Origin: Chiloscyllium plagiosum
Lineage: Eukaryota
Length of the DNA: 64,000 nucleotides
Assembly (NCBI RefSeq): GCF_004010195.1
Contig: NC_057718.1
Coordinates: 20,666,223-20,730,222, forward strand
Direction of reading: 5' to 3'
Below, piece after piece: positions 38,083 to 50,245 of the stretch. The position numbers and the translations under genes were made by a program. The stretch's first letter is position 1; each line of letters begins with the position of its first letter. The notes beneath the pieces are model-generated. The model was not told the origin of the DNA and searched no databases. It saw only the letters and a program-made list of their open reading frames with translations.

Positions 38083-38403
38083 ATTAGATTTGATTAGATT
38101 ACATTACAGTGTGGAAACAGGCCCTTCGGCCCAACAAGTCCACACCGACCCGCCGAAGCGAAACCCACCCATACCCCTACATTTACCCCTTACCTAACAC
38201 TACGGGCAATTTAGCATGGCCAATTCACCTGACCCTGCACATCTTTTGGACTGTGGGAGGAAACCGGAGCACCCGGAGGAAACCCACGCAGACACGGGGA
38301 GAACGTGCAAACTCCACACAGTCAGTCGCCTGAGGCGGGAATTGAACCCGGGTCTCAGGCGCTGTGAGGCAGCAGTGCTAACCACTGTGCCACCGTGCCG
38401 CCC
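38083..38403 (-). mobile_element. HE1-type V-SINE, full length, CpG-rich (young)
   Basis: GGGCGGCACGGTGGCACAGTGGTTAGCACTGCTGCCTCACAGCGCC...GGTTCAATTCCC head with A/B boxes; V-domain; inserted in the CR1 3' UTR. Confidence 0.93.
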
Positions 38404-39371
38404 ACTAAGTTGGACCGAAGAGTCTGTTTCCGTGCTGTGATCTATGGCTCTATTCTTTGGGGAAAAAAGTGATCCGAATTTATATTTTAGCAAGCTAATA
38501 TTTACATCAATGACCAAAGCACAAATTTCAAGTTGGCAGTATGCCGAGTGTCACTACATTATCAGACAATGAACCATGTTCAAGAAAACATACACTAACA
38601 ACAATGCAACTGTATAGTCCAAGAGGCATGGAACCTAAGATTAAAGGTATGGTCAGAGCAACTCTCCAATAAAAGGGATGCCAAGAAGTAAATCCTAAAC
38701 TTATTTCATAATCAAGAATTCTAACTCTTGAGTAGGAATGTATGTCTTCACCTTAATCTTAGTCAAATAATGGAAGAGTTAAATGAGTTAAAGATGAGGA
38801 ACAACTGGTCAAGCAACAACCAATCAAAGGACAACTGGTTTGAAGATTTCATTGGGCTTCCTAGACTCATAGAGGAATCCAGAATCCATTGAAATTAGCC
38901 AAATTGGCAGAAGAAATTTGTTTGTACCATTAACAAGATGGGAACCTGTGAATATACTGTTTTGACAGAAATATTTTCCGCTGTTATCAACACTGGAGAG
39001 ATTTCAGACTGTAAAAATCAGCAAGGTTTGTGGGAAAAGGCAGGCAATGAGGTAGCCAATGATCAGTATACACCACATGAGCTGACAAATCTATTAATGA
39101 TGTAACTCAGATTATAACACATTTGATGAACAAATGATTATGATTGATTTAAATTAAATGTTGAGATGACTGGGAACAGCCATATTTAAATAGAATATTT
39201 AACTTCCTTATCTTTTTTATGAATAAGTGACAGAAATCATGCCAAGCAAGAAATAATTCTAAAACAGAAAAACTAAAGAAGAGAACACGGGTTTTATCAG
39301 TGGTGCAATCACTGATGGTGAATGAGAATGTCCAAACCAAAGACAATTGTGAAGTAAAGAGCCTTGCATAG

Positions 39372-39497
39372 TTCTGATGAAGGGCTTTTGCCCGAAACGT
39401 CGATTTTGCCTGTCCTCGGATGCTGCCTGAACTGCTGTGCTCTTCCAGCACCACTAATCCAGAATCTGGTTTCCAGCATCTGCAGTCATTGTTTTTA
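39372..39497 (+). mobile_element. Solo Penelope-type terminus with intact hammerhead core (39374-39401)
   Basis: CTGATGAAGGGCTTTTGCCCGAAACGTC plus a downstream block nearly identical to 4842-4937. Confidence 0.82.
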
Positions 39498-40019
39498 GCC
39501 CAGATCTACAGTCAAGTTGAGAATAAAAGTCTGCTGATATGGATGAAAGATGTGGTGAATCTAAGTTATGCAACTCCATGAAAGCTATCATCAGGAAGTA
39601 ACAACCAATGTCCAATGATTCAAGACACTGAGAGGAATAAATGACCTGCTTTGGAGATTCAGGATATTGCAGAGACTTGTTTCAGCAGGAAAGATATTCT
39701 TTGCAAAGGAATACGAGAGATTAAAGATCCTCTAGTTCAAAGAGACCTATAGGCCTGAGCTGTCAGAAAGAGAATCAAAGTCAACTGCCCTCCACGCAGC
39801 AAGCTACCAGTCTTTTACTCCAAAGAATGCACTCTTGGGGAATAGTGAAACCAACAGACTACCTAAATTTGTGATCAGAGATTGCAGGGAGATTGGGTAA
39901 TGGAAAATGTAGAGAGAAAGTGAGGGCTGCAGATGCTGGAGATGCTGGGAAATGTAGTTACATACATGAATGTGCAATATGAATCATGAAAAAAACGTGA
40001 GAGATGATATTACTTAAGC

Positions 40020-40248
40020 TGTGGAGCCACGAGCTGTTGCGGGCTGAAAGCTAGGTGCCAACATGGTCTGTCGTACTGATCTTTTATTTCTGTAACACTG
40101 GTAATTTTAATTCTCCCTTGTCTAAGATCTTGTAACTAAAGAAGCCTGTGCCTAGGTAGTATTGTATCTAAAAGTCAGCACTGTAATTCATGACAAATGG
40201 ATTTTTCACTATACTCATTGAGTATATGTGACAATAAAGGCTATTCTA
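40020..40248 (+). mobile_element. 3' part of an element related to 33274-34466
   Basis: Shares CTGT(G/A)CCTAGGTA..TTGTA(T/C)CTAA and TTTTCACT...GAGTA..(G/A)TGACAATAAAGG..TTCTA. Confidence 0.55.
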
Positions 40249-41596
40249 AGGATCTGAAAGGGTTAATATTGAGGAATGCCTTAAGCTGTAACAACTATGA
40301 TGAGTTCATAAGGACTTATGGGCAAACAATTTAGGTTCCCAACATCAAGGTTCTCTTCTTTGTCGCTGTTACAATGTCCATCACATCAATGCAACAAGCA
40401 ACTAGTTACTAACATGTAGTAAACTACTTTTTCAATACAAAGGTCTCTTTTAGTTAGACCAGTCAGTGGTTTTCTTCTTCTGCACTGGACCAAGCAGACC
40501 CTATAGATTCCTACACTTGAAGTTGGTGCTGGCAGAAAATCCATCAACTGTAGGGTTGTAAACTCACTCAGCTACGTATACAGTTCACAGTTTCACTGAA
40601 ATCAGCAGTGGAAAGCTGTTTAACATGGATTATGCCTTAAATATCACATCTCATGCATTACTAAAATTCTTCATTTTCACTTAGAAAGATCAATTAAAAT
40701 GAAACCTTTGCTGATACTTTTTTACCTTGTCTATGTCTCTTCCACTGCCTTTCTTCATGAACTTTAACTCACTGGATCTCAATTTCTTCACCTAAGATTG
40801 GGAAGAGTTAACCAAGAGTTAACTTCTCATCTGGAGGTATCTGGAAGAGTCTGGGATTGTAATACATCACAGGCTATAATACGTTATATTCACCCATCAT
40901 TCATCCCCTCTTCACCAACTTCCATACTTGTTCTCTTTCTTTCCTAATAAATTAAGTTTATATTTATTTCTTCATTTTAGATCTTTGATTTTGTTGTACA
41001 ACTGCTGCTGGTGTTAGGCAACCAGCTATTCTCAGGCCCCTTTTCTCTTTGTGCATTTCTCCACTCCTCCCTTTCCCAGTAGTGGCAGAGCCTCTTGCCA
41101 TCTCAAAATTAATCATCAGAGCTTTTTTCCCTAAAATCATCTGCGTTAATACCTTTCACCTATCATTAAGCACAACCTCAGAAACTAACTTTTGACTAAT
41201 CTTTGGATCATTCCTCTTAACTTTGGAACTTCTACCTGGTGTTAATTCCTTCTTTGAGAGGGATTTTGCTAGATTTAACAAGGAGTGCAGGAGAGAAAGC
41301 CAAAAGCAGCTCAGGCCATACTTAACAATGCAGTGCCAACCTGGCAGTACAGCACCACAGGAACACACACATGCTAAACAATGGAGACAGCATGTTATAA
41401 ACAAAGATAAGCAATCCCACAACCAAAGGATCTGATCAGAAAGCCTAACATCCTGCCACATCAAATCATGAACAGTGGTGGACCATGAAACAATTAATCA
41501 CATGAAGAGACTTCATTAATATCCCCATGCTCAATGATAACAAAATCCAGCACATCAGTCCCAAAAGGCTTGGCTGAAGCATTTGCAGTAATCTTC

Positions 41597-41715
41597 ATTG
41601 AATTGAATTGAATTTATTGTCACTTGTACCGAGGCATAGTGAAAAGCTTAAGTAGCATAGATAAGTAAATAATAGGTAAACAGCAGCAAAAACAAAAGCA
41701 CAGGTACAGGCGAGT
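41597..41715 (-). mobile_element. Rex/Babar-like LINE 3' end fragment
   Basis: Minus strand AAGCTTTTCACTATGCCTCGGTACAAGTGACAATAAA(TTCAA)3. Confidence 0.5.
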
Positions 41716-42659
41716 GTTTCAATTCACTCCATATGATATCAAGAAATAACTGAAAGCATTAGCTAGAACAAAGACTCCAGACTCAAACAATATCCTGGCT
41801 ATAGAACTGAAAACCTATGCTTTGAAACTATCAGCACTCTTAGCCAAACTGTTTTGAGAAGCTAACCAGAGTTGTAGCTGTGTGAAAATTATCCTGATAT
41901 GCTCTGTCCACAAAAAGCATGACAAAGCCAATATGACCATTATTGCTCCACATGTTCACTCTCAATCATCAGCAAAGTGAAGTTTATAACACTACCGAGC
42001 AGCAATTATTCAGCAGTAATCTGCTGACTGATGCTCAGCTTGAGTTTTGTCAAGATCACTCTTCTTCCTCCTCATTACAAAATCAGCCCAAAACATGGAC
42101 AAAAGAACTGAATTCATGGGCTGAGGTGAGAATAATTGATCTTGTCAAGAAGGTAGCATTTGGCCAAATATAGTATCAAAGAGCTTCAGCGAAATTTGAG
42201 TCACTGGAATCAGACATACAACTTTGCTCTGGTTGGAGTCATATCTATCACAAAGTAAGAGGGTTCTGGTTGTTGGAATTAATAACCTTAGCTCTAGAAT
42301 ATTCCTGCAGAAATTTATTGTGTTTTGTCAGAGACCCTGCCACCTACACCTCCATCAACAAGACAATGCCCCCATCATCAGGTCAGAAGCGCGGATAGTC
42401 ACTGAAATTGTACAAAGTTCAATACCATTCATACTTCCTCAGATATACTTGCCCACATGCAGCTTTACCTGGACAACATTTCCAAACACTTGTGCTAGGT
42501 GAAGCAGCACCTCCACTGAATCCACACGCATGACCTCAGACTTCCAGTTGCTTGCACTTTAATTCATTATTTTGCTATCAGGCTCACATTTCCACCAGCC
42601 TTAAGCACTCACTCCCTCCTTCATCGGCACACAGTGGCAGAAATGTGTACCAACTAGAC

Positions 42660-42748
42660 CTGAAGAAGGGTTACACCCAAAACATTGATTTCTCCATCTC
42701 CTGATGCTGCCTGGCTTGCTGTTTTCTTCCAGCCTCCTGGTTGTCTAC
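42660..42748 (+). mobile_element. Divergent Penelope-type terminus with degenerate hammerhead
   Basis: CTGAAGA-A-GGGT-TAC-ACCC-AAAAC-ATT, then GATGCTGCCTGGCTTGCTG..TTCCAGC. Confidence 0.6.
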
Positions 42749-43715
42749 ACAATGCGCTGCAACAACTTGCGAAGCCTTCTTCCACAATACTTTCCAAACC
42801 CACTACCTCTACCACATAAAAAAGTAAAGGCAGCTAATATATGTTAACACTACAATCTCCAAGTCTTCCTCTAGGTCACACACCTTCCTGACCTAGAAAT
42901 ATCTTGCTGTTTCTTCACTATTGTTGTGTCAAAATCCTGGAACCCATTCCGTACCAACACTTAAAGATAGGTAATAAACTCTGGTGTTGCCAGTGATGCT
43001 TCTCTGCCATGACCGAATAAGCTAACTAAATAAATAACAATTAATATTAAAACAGTGCTGGCCACAAATCCCCAGCTTCCATACCTCACACTATCGAGAG
43101 GAAATTCAGAACTGATTTTTATTTCAAAGAGATTAAGTTCAAATTACAAAAAAAATCAATCAATTTGTTATGTAAACTCCTTGTCCTCCTTGATGAGGAT
43201 GTCAAAAAAGATTGAAAAACAATTGTTCTGCATTATCTGAATTGTTAGTACTTAGGAATGAGTGCAAATCTAAGCTTGAAACCTGAGTGGTTGTAAACTT
43301 GGGCAGTCAAGGAAATCTGAGCTTTGGTAATTCCAACTCTGGATGAATGCAGATTTTCTTTCTTTTTCTCTAATGGCAAAATGGAATATTGGAGTTCAGC
43401 CAAGTCTTCAGTTTATTATTTCAACAACAGAGAGAATTACAATTTTACTGTTTTTGGATTAAACTCAAATGGGGCCTGAATTTGGCTCCAAATCTATATG
43501 GTGATATTCCCTATGCAATTATTCTTTTTAACATTTGTTGAATCATTCCTTTCAAAAGTTGTTTTTACATTATATATTGATGTACACTATTACACTTTCA
43601 TTAAGTTATTACAAACTTTAAGCTTTCACATTCACAACGTGTTCTATTAATGTAGTCTATTAGAACAATTCATAATCTTCCTTTTGATCCTGTTATGCAG
43701 CTTATCTAAGACCTT

Positions 43716-43729
43716 GTTTCCATGGCAAC
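43716..43729. promoter_or_regulatory. RFX X-box consensus match
   Basis: GTTTCCATGGCAAC in a repeat-poor stretch; function untested. Confidence 0.35.
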
Positions 43730-45043
43730 TGAAACGAAAGAAGAGAAGCAATGTTCTGATCAGGGTGACAGCTCAATCAGTGTTTAAGGAGACTTCCTTC
43801 TTCTGTTGAGAAGAATAGCAATGACTGCTGAAAAGCCCTGGAGATTTTTAAGGAGCTTCGTCCAAACTCCCTTTTATATCCTCCAAATCCCAAGCATATT
43901 GTATTCAAAATAATGATCCTCCTGAGAAAGCCAGTTGGCTGATACTGTAGTAAAGAGCCTGACTACCATGCCATATTCTTTAAGCACAATTAAGGTCTGC
44001 TTTCAGAATGTAATTTTCACCTAAATATCTTTTCAAGAAGATATCACCGTCTGCACCTTTACTTATTATAAAAAAGATGCTCTTTGATCATTGTCATTAT
44101 TCAATAGCTTTGTCAGATATATCTACAGTAACGGTCCACTTCGCTCACCTTGTCTAATTCAGTTCTTAGCCTGTATGCAAGCCTCCCCACAATCCTCCCC
44201 ATCTGACCCCTTCAGCGTAACCCCCATGTATTTTTCGAGATTCCCTTTAAATGTATCTGTCACATTTGTCTTAACTACACTTGGTGATGGCACAATTCAC
44301 ATTCGTAAAACTGTTAGAATTTCTTTTTGGAATTATTGATAATGATCTTATGTTTGTAGCTTCTAGTTTTCAAATGGCCTGCAATCAAAATTTTTTTAAT
44401 ATCTCCACTATTAAATCCATTCATTCTGTTAAACACATCTGTTACTGGACCCCCTATTAGCATCTATCTTACTGAAAAATATGAAGTTTAGTTTTTTAAA
44501 GTGAATTGAAAAAGGGTTCTGTTCTAGGTATTAAACAGTTAAATAAAATGGCACCTCCCATTCCCATTCCCCAAAACCCATATGCACTTCAGAAAATTTT
44601 ACTGTAATTGCAAATTATTTACAATACTGTATTTTCATCACTAATAACCATAACCATAAGCGCTGTGATGTATGAGTCAAGTTGATTTCTTACCTTCAGG
44701 TGTGTGTTTAGCTCAGCTTTCTATTCAAATTCTTCCTCACATGTGATAGGCATGTTTTTTAGGACCCACCAATTTTAGTCTCTCAGTACTTACAATTATT
44801 TTCAGCTTTGAAACACACAGCTCTTCTCCATTATGCATTATCTACCAAACTAACCTTTGTAAATTTGTGAGGATGAACATCAGAAAATAAATTTCAAGAA
44901 GTTCAAAGCAAGTTTGTAATTTGGCAACGAAAATGACACATTTTGGAAATAGTCAGTAGGTCTTAGAGTCATAGAGATGTTAAAGCATGGAAACAGACCC
45001 TTCAGTCCAACCCGTCCATGCCAAACAGATATCCCAACCCAAT

Positions 45044-47840
45044 CTAGTCCCACCTGCCAGCACCCAGCCCATATCCCTCCAAACCCTTCCGATTCATATA
45101 TCCATCCAAATGCCTCTTAAATGTTGCAATTATACCAGCCTCCACCACTTCCTCTGGCATCTCATTCCATACACGTACCACTCTCTGTGTGAAAAAGTTG
45201 CCCCGTAGGTCTCTTTTATATCTTGCCCCTCTCACCCTAAACCTATGCCCTCTAGTTCTGGACTCCCTGACCCCAGGAAAAAGACTTTGCCTATTTACCC
45301 TATCCATGCCCCTCACAATTTTGTAAACCTCTATATGGTCACCCCTCAGCCTCCGACGCTCCAGGGAAAACAGCCCCAGCCTGTTCAGCCTCTCCCTATA
45401 GCTCAAATCCTCCAACCCTGGCAACATCCTTGTAAATCTTTTCTGAACCCTTTCGAGCTTCAAAACATCCTTCTGATAGAAAGGAGACCACAAATGCATG
45501 CAATATTCCAACAGTATAGCCAACAGTACAATGTCCTGTATAGCCGCAACATGACCTCCCAACTCCTGTACTCAATTCTCTGACCAATAAAGGAAAGCTT
45601 ACCAAATGCCCTCTTCACTATCCTATCTACCTGCGACTCCACTTCAAGAATCTATGAACCTGCGCTCCAAGGTCTCTTTGTTCAGCAACACTCCCTAAGA
45701 CCTTACCATTAAGTGCTTAAGTCCTACTAAGATTTGCTTTCCCAAAATGCAGCACCTCTCATTTATCTGAATTAAACTCCATCTGCCACTTCTCAGCCCA
45801 TTGGCCCATCTGGTCAAGATCCTGTTGTAATCTGAGGTAACCCTCTTCGCTGTCCACTACACCTCCAATTGTGGTGTCATCTGCAAACTTACTAACTGTA
45901 CTTCTTATGCTCACACCCAAATCATTTATGTAAATGACAAAAAGTAGAGGACCCAGCACCGATCCTTGTGGCACTCCACTGGTCACAGGCCTCCAGTCTG
46001 AAAAACAACCCTCTGTCTTCTACCTTTGAGCCAATTCTATATCCAAATGGCTAGTTATCCCTGTATCCGTGAGATCTAACCTTGCTAAACAGTTTCCAAT
46101 GGGGAACCTTGTGAAACGCCTTACTGAAGTCCATGATCACATTTACTGCTCTGCCCTCATCAATCCTCTTTGGTACTTCTTCAAAAAACTCAATCAAGTT
46201 TGTGAGACATGATTTCGCATGCACAAAGCCATGCTGACTATCCCTAATCAGTCCTTGCTTTTCCAAATACATGTACATCATGTCCCTCAAGATTCCCTCC
46301 AACAACTTGCCCACCACTGACGTCAAGCTCACTGATCTATAGTTCCCTGGCTTGTCCTTACCACCCTTCTTAAACAGTGGCACCACGTTAGCCAACCTCC
46401 TTCCGGCACCTCACCTGTGACTATCGATGATACCAATATCTCAGTAAGAGGCCCAGCAATCACTCCTCTAGCTTCCCACAGAGTTTTAGTGTACACCTGA
46501 TCAGGTCCTGGGAATTTATCCACCTTTACCCATTTCAATACATCCAGCACTTCCTCTTCTGTAATATGGACATTTTGCAAGATGTCACCATCTGTTTCCC
46601 TACAGTCTATATCTTCCATATCCTTTTCCACAGTAAATACTGATGCAAAATACTCATTTAGTATCTCTCCCATTTGCTGCTCCACACAAGGGCCACCTTG
46701 CTGATCTTTGACGGGCCCTATTCTCTCCCTCGTTAACTTTTTGTCCTTTATGTATTTGTAAAAACCCTTTGGATTCTCCTTAATTGTATTTGCCAAAGCT
46801 ATCTCATGTCCCCTTTTTGCCCTTCTGATTTCCCTCTTAAGTATACTCCTACTTCCTTTATACTCTTTTAAGGATTCACTTGACCTATCCTGTCTGTACC
46901 TTACATATGCTTCATTCTTTTTCTTAACCAAACTCTCAATTTCTTTGGTTATCCAGCATTCCCTATACCTAACATCCTTCCCTTTCACCCTGACAGGAAT
47001 ATACTTTCTCTGGATTCGCGTTATCTCATTTCTGAAGGCTTCCCATTTTCCAGCTGTCCCTTTACCTGCGAACATCTGCCTCCAATCAGCTTTCGAAAGT
47101 TCTTGCCTAATATCGTCAAAACTGGCCTTTCTCCAATTTAAAACTTTAACTTTTAGATCTGCTCTATCCTTTTCTATCATTATTTTCAATCTAATGGAAT
47201 TATGGTCGCTGGCCCCAAAGTGCTCCCCCACTGACAACTCAGTCACCTGCCCGGTCTTATTTCCCAAGAGTAGGTCAAGTTTTGCACCTTCTCTAGTAGG
47301 TACATCCACATACTGAATCAGAAAATTGTCTTGTACACACTTAACAAATTCCTCTCCATTTAATTCCTTAACACTGTGGCAGTCCCAGTCTATGTTTGGA
47401 AAGTTAAAATCCCCAACCGTAACCACCCTATTATTCTTAACAGATAGCTGAGATATCCTTACAAGTTTGTTTCTCAATTTCCCTCTGACTATTAGGGGTC
47501 TATAATGCAATCCCAGTAAGGTGATCATCCCTTTCTTATTTCTCAGTTCCACCCAAATAACTTCCCTGGATGTATTTCCGGGAATATCCTCCCTCAGCTC
47601 AGCTGTAATGCTATCCCTTACCAAAAATGCTACCCCCCCCCCCCCCCTCCTCTCTTGCCTCCCTTTCTATCCTTCCTGTAGCATTTGTATCCTGGAACAT
47701 TAAGCTGCCAGTCCTGCCCATCCCTGAGCCATGTTTCTGTAATTGCTACTATATTCCAGTCCCATGTTCCTAACCATGCCCTGAGTTCATCTGCCTTCCC
47801 TGTTAGGCCCCTTGCATTGAAATAAATGCAGTTTAATTTA
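45044..47840 (-). pseudogene. CR1 ORF2: APE endonuclease and reverse transcriptase, frameshifted
   Basis: CIYFNARG, VGDFNFP, LDLLL, SDHN, PGPD, NYRSVSLTS, DFSKAF, GVPQGSVLGPLLF, FADD, NFFTQRVVRVWN. Confidence 0.93.
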
Positions 47841-47959
47841 TTAGTCCTACCTTGTCCCTGCCTGCCCTGACTGTTTGACTCGCGTCTGTTCTCAACATTA
47901 CCAGTCTCAGATTGATCTCTTTCCTCAGTATCTCCCTGGGTCTCACCCCCCCCACCTTA

Positions 47960-48896
47960 CTAGTTTAAATCCTCCCAAGCAGCTCTAGCAAATTACCCTG
48001 CCAGTATATTAGTCCCCTTCCAATTTAGGTGCAATCCGTCCTTCTTGTACAGGTCACTTCTACCCCAAAAGAGATTCCAATGATCCAAAATTGTGAATCC
48101 TTCTCCCATACACCAGCTCCTCAGCCATGCATTCATCTGCTCTATCTTTCTATTCCTGCCCTCAGTAGCTCGTAGCACTGTGAGTAAACCAGATATTACT
48201 ACTCTCGAGGACCTTCATTTTACATTTCTGCCTAACTCCCTGTAATCTCCCTTCAGAATCTTAACCTTTTCCCTTCCTATATCATTGATTCCAATGTGGA
48301 CAATGACCTTTTGCTGGCAACTCTCCCCCGTGAGAACATTCTGCACCCTCTCTGAGACATCCTTGATCCAGGCACCAGGGGAAGCAACACACCATTCTGC
48401 TTTTTCGCTGCTGGCCACAGAAACATGGCTCAGGGATTCTGACTACAGAATCCCCTAACACAATTGATCTCTTGGAACCCAACGTACCCCTCATTGCATT
48501 AGAGCCAGTCTCAATACCAAATACTTGGCTGTTCGTGCTACGTTCCCCTGAGAATCCATCACCCCCTACATGTTCCAAAACAGCATACCTGTTTGAAGTG
48601 GGCATATCCACAAAAGACTCGTGAACTAAGTGCCTACCTCTCTTACCTTTTCTGGATTTAACCCATCTATATGACTGTATCTGAGACTTTCCCCCCTTCC
48701 TATAACTGCCATCCATCACATACTGTTGCTGTTGCAAATTCCTCATTGCTTCTAACTGTCTCTCCAACTGATCCATTCAATCTTATAAGATTCACAGCTA
48801 ACAGCATTTATGGCAGATATAATCCGCAGTAACCTTTAAACTCTCTTTAAACTCCCACATCTGACAAGAAGTACATATCACTCTATTAAAGGCCAT
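47960..48896 (-). pseudogene. CR1 ORF1: N-terminal CxxC..CxxC region, coiled coil, SGNH/GDSL esterase domain
   Basis: MAFNRVICTSC..YICHKC; VLGDSVVR; CFPGA; VHIGINDI; DGLHLN. Confidence 0.88.
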
Positions 48897-50027
48897 TTTT
48901 GCTCCTTCACAATCTACAGACCCAGAAATTAACACCGTCTTATTCCTCTACAAACACTGCCCCTGATTAAATTAATAGGTATGGCTTCTATTTTAAGTTT
49001 AATCAAGAGACATTTCTCCAAAAACATATAATCAAGAACGATCCCACTCTACACACTACTGCAGATTCTCTGTAGGCCACACTTAAAACAACGATTAACT
49101 TATCTGATTCTGTGCTGTGAACTTCGTCCAACAGTTCCTCCAAGATCAGTTGTGAATTTCATTGTTTATTAATTTTCCCTGATGCACTCCGATGTCCACC
49201 AATATATGAATTCAAACAGCAAAGGCAGTAACTGTTGTTTTGCCTTTTTTTCCCAAAGTTCCAAAACAATGCAAGAGCATATGAAACAGTAATTGCTGCC
49301 CCTGGAATATGAGGAAATCACCTCCAGCACCTAAAATACCTCAAAAAAGGAGCAGCTGTTACAGCCAGAAATTTTTCCCGTCCTCCGTCTTGGGAAAATC
49401 CTCTGCCATCCAGCTGAATCTATGAAGAAAGCAAGTGTTAAAAGTCTTCAAACTGAAATGTTAACTCTGTTTCTCCTTCCAGAGATCTGTCCGACTTTTT
49501 GAATACTTTCAGAATTTTCTGGTTTCATTTCAGATTTCTATTATCCATAATAATTTGCCTTTGATCTAATTTTGCAATACCATTAAAATCATTAATTAGA
49601 AAATCAAAATTGCAATTTGAAGAACATCAATGTTGAAAAGTTATGACAGTCCCCAAAGGAATAGCAGATTTTATTTCCTTTCTTCATGTCATCAAAGATG
49701 AGCCACTTTCAGCTATTTGGAGACATTAAGTACGTTAGGTAGCATTCAGCTCTGTAGTATAAATAGAATTTAAATTTTACCTCCCTGGCTTAATGCGTTT
49801 TCCAACAAACGTTTAGCAACTTATTTAACACTTGGAAAGATTTAATACCAATATTCTTTCACATAAACGTTCAGCACTGGGTTTTGTAGAAGCTATGAAT
49901 TATATAATTTTTATTAGGAATTTATTTCCACAAGAGCAGGATGTAGATTATAGGGCAATGTAAACTGAACTATCAAGGGGGCATTCTTTGAGCAATGGTT
50001 TAAGATGTATCTAAAAGTGAATGATCT

Positions 50028-50245
50028 TGCTTGCATATGGAATGAACTTCCTGAGGAAGTGGTGGATTTGGGTACAATTATAATGTTTAAAAAACATTTG
50101 GATAAGTATATGAATAGCAAAGGTTTGGAGGGATATGGGTCGGGAGCAGGCAGGTGGGACTAGTTTAGTTTGGGATTATGTTTGGCATGTACTGATTGGA
50201 CTGAAGGGTCTGTTTCCTTGCTGTATGCTTCTATGACCATGACTA
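50028..50245 (+). mobile_element. CR1 3' end fragment
   Basis: WNELPEEVV..FKKHLDKYMN plus 3' UTR and CTATGAC tail. Confidence 0.85.

Larger units (their letters stand above)
35820..38450 (+). mobile_element. 5'-truncated CR1/HER1 LINE
   Basis: KSPGPDQVYPR, PGNYRPVSLTS, MDFSKAFDK, SGVPQG, KFADDTK; closely similar to 44964-47000. Confidence 0.92.
35000..39800 (+). mobile_element. Highly decayed Gypsy-like internal region split by the CR1 at 35820-38450
   Basis: Gag-like A-rich frames at 35000-35800; protease-like FKL..SVTTLS and LLSRNVCLHL at 38525-38765; faint integrase-like traces further on. No LTRs identified. Confidence 0.35.
41290..43020 (+). mobile_element. LINE-A ORF2 remnant with 3' tail and nested fragments
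   Basis: ALLAKLF, CSVHKKHDKAN, WLESYL; tail GGTAATAAACTCTGG..CCAGTGATGC. Confidence 0.65.
44964..49393 (-). mobile_element. Near full-length CR1/HER1 LINE (5' UTR, ORF1, ORF2, 3' UTR)
   Basis: Both ORFs are recognisable with few disruptions; 3' tail CTCTATGACTCTA. Confidence 0.95.

Noticed and set aside
38330..38403. tRNA gene
   Set aside because: It is the tRNA-derived SINE head, contiguous with the V-domain and LINE-like tail.
43700..43790. Possible coding exon (MATETKEEKQCSDQGDSSISV*) after a pyrimidine tract and AG
   Set aside because: Very short, with an in-frame stop, no convincing donor site and no recognisable homology.
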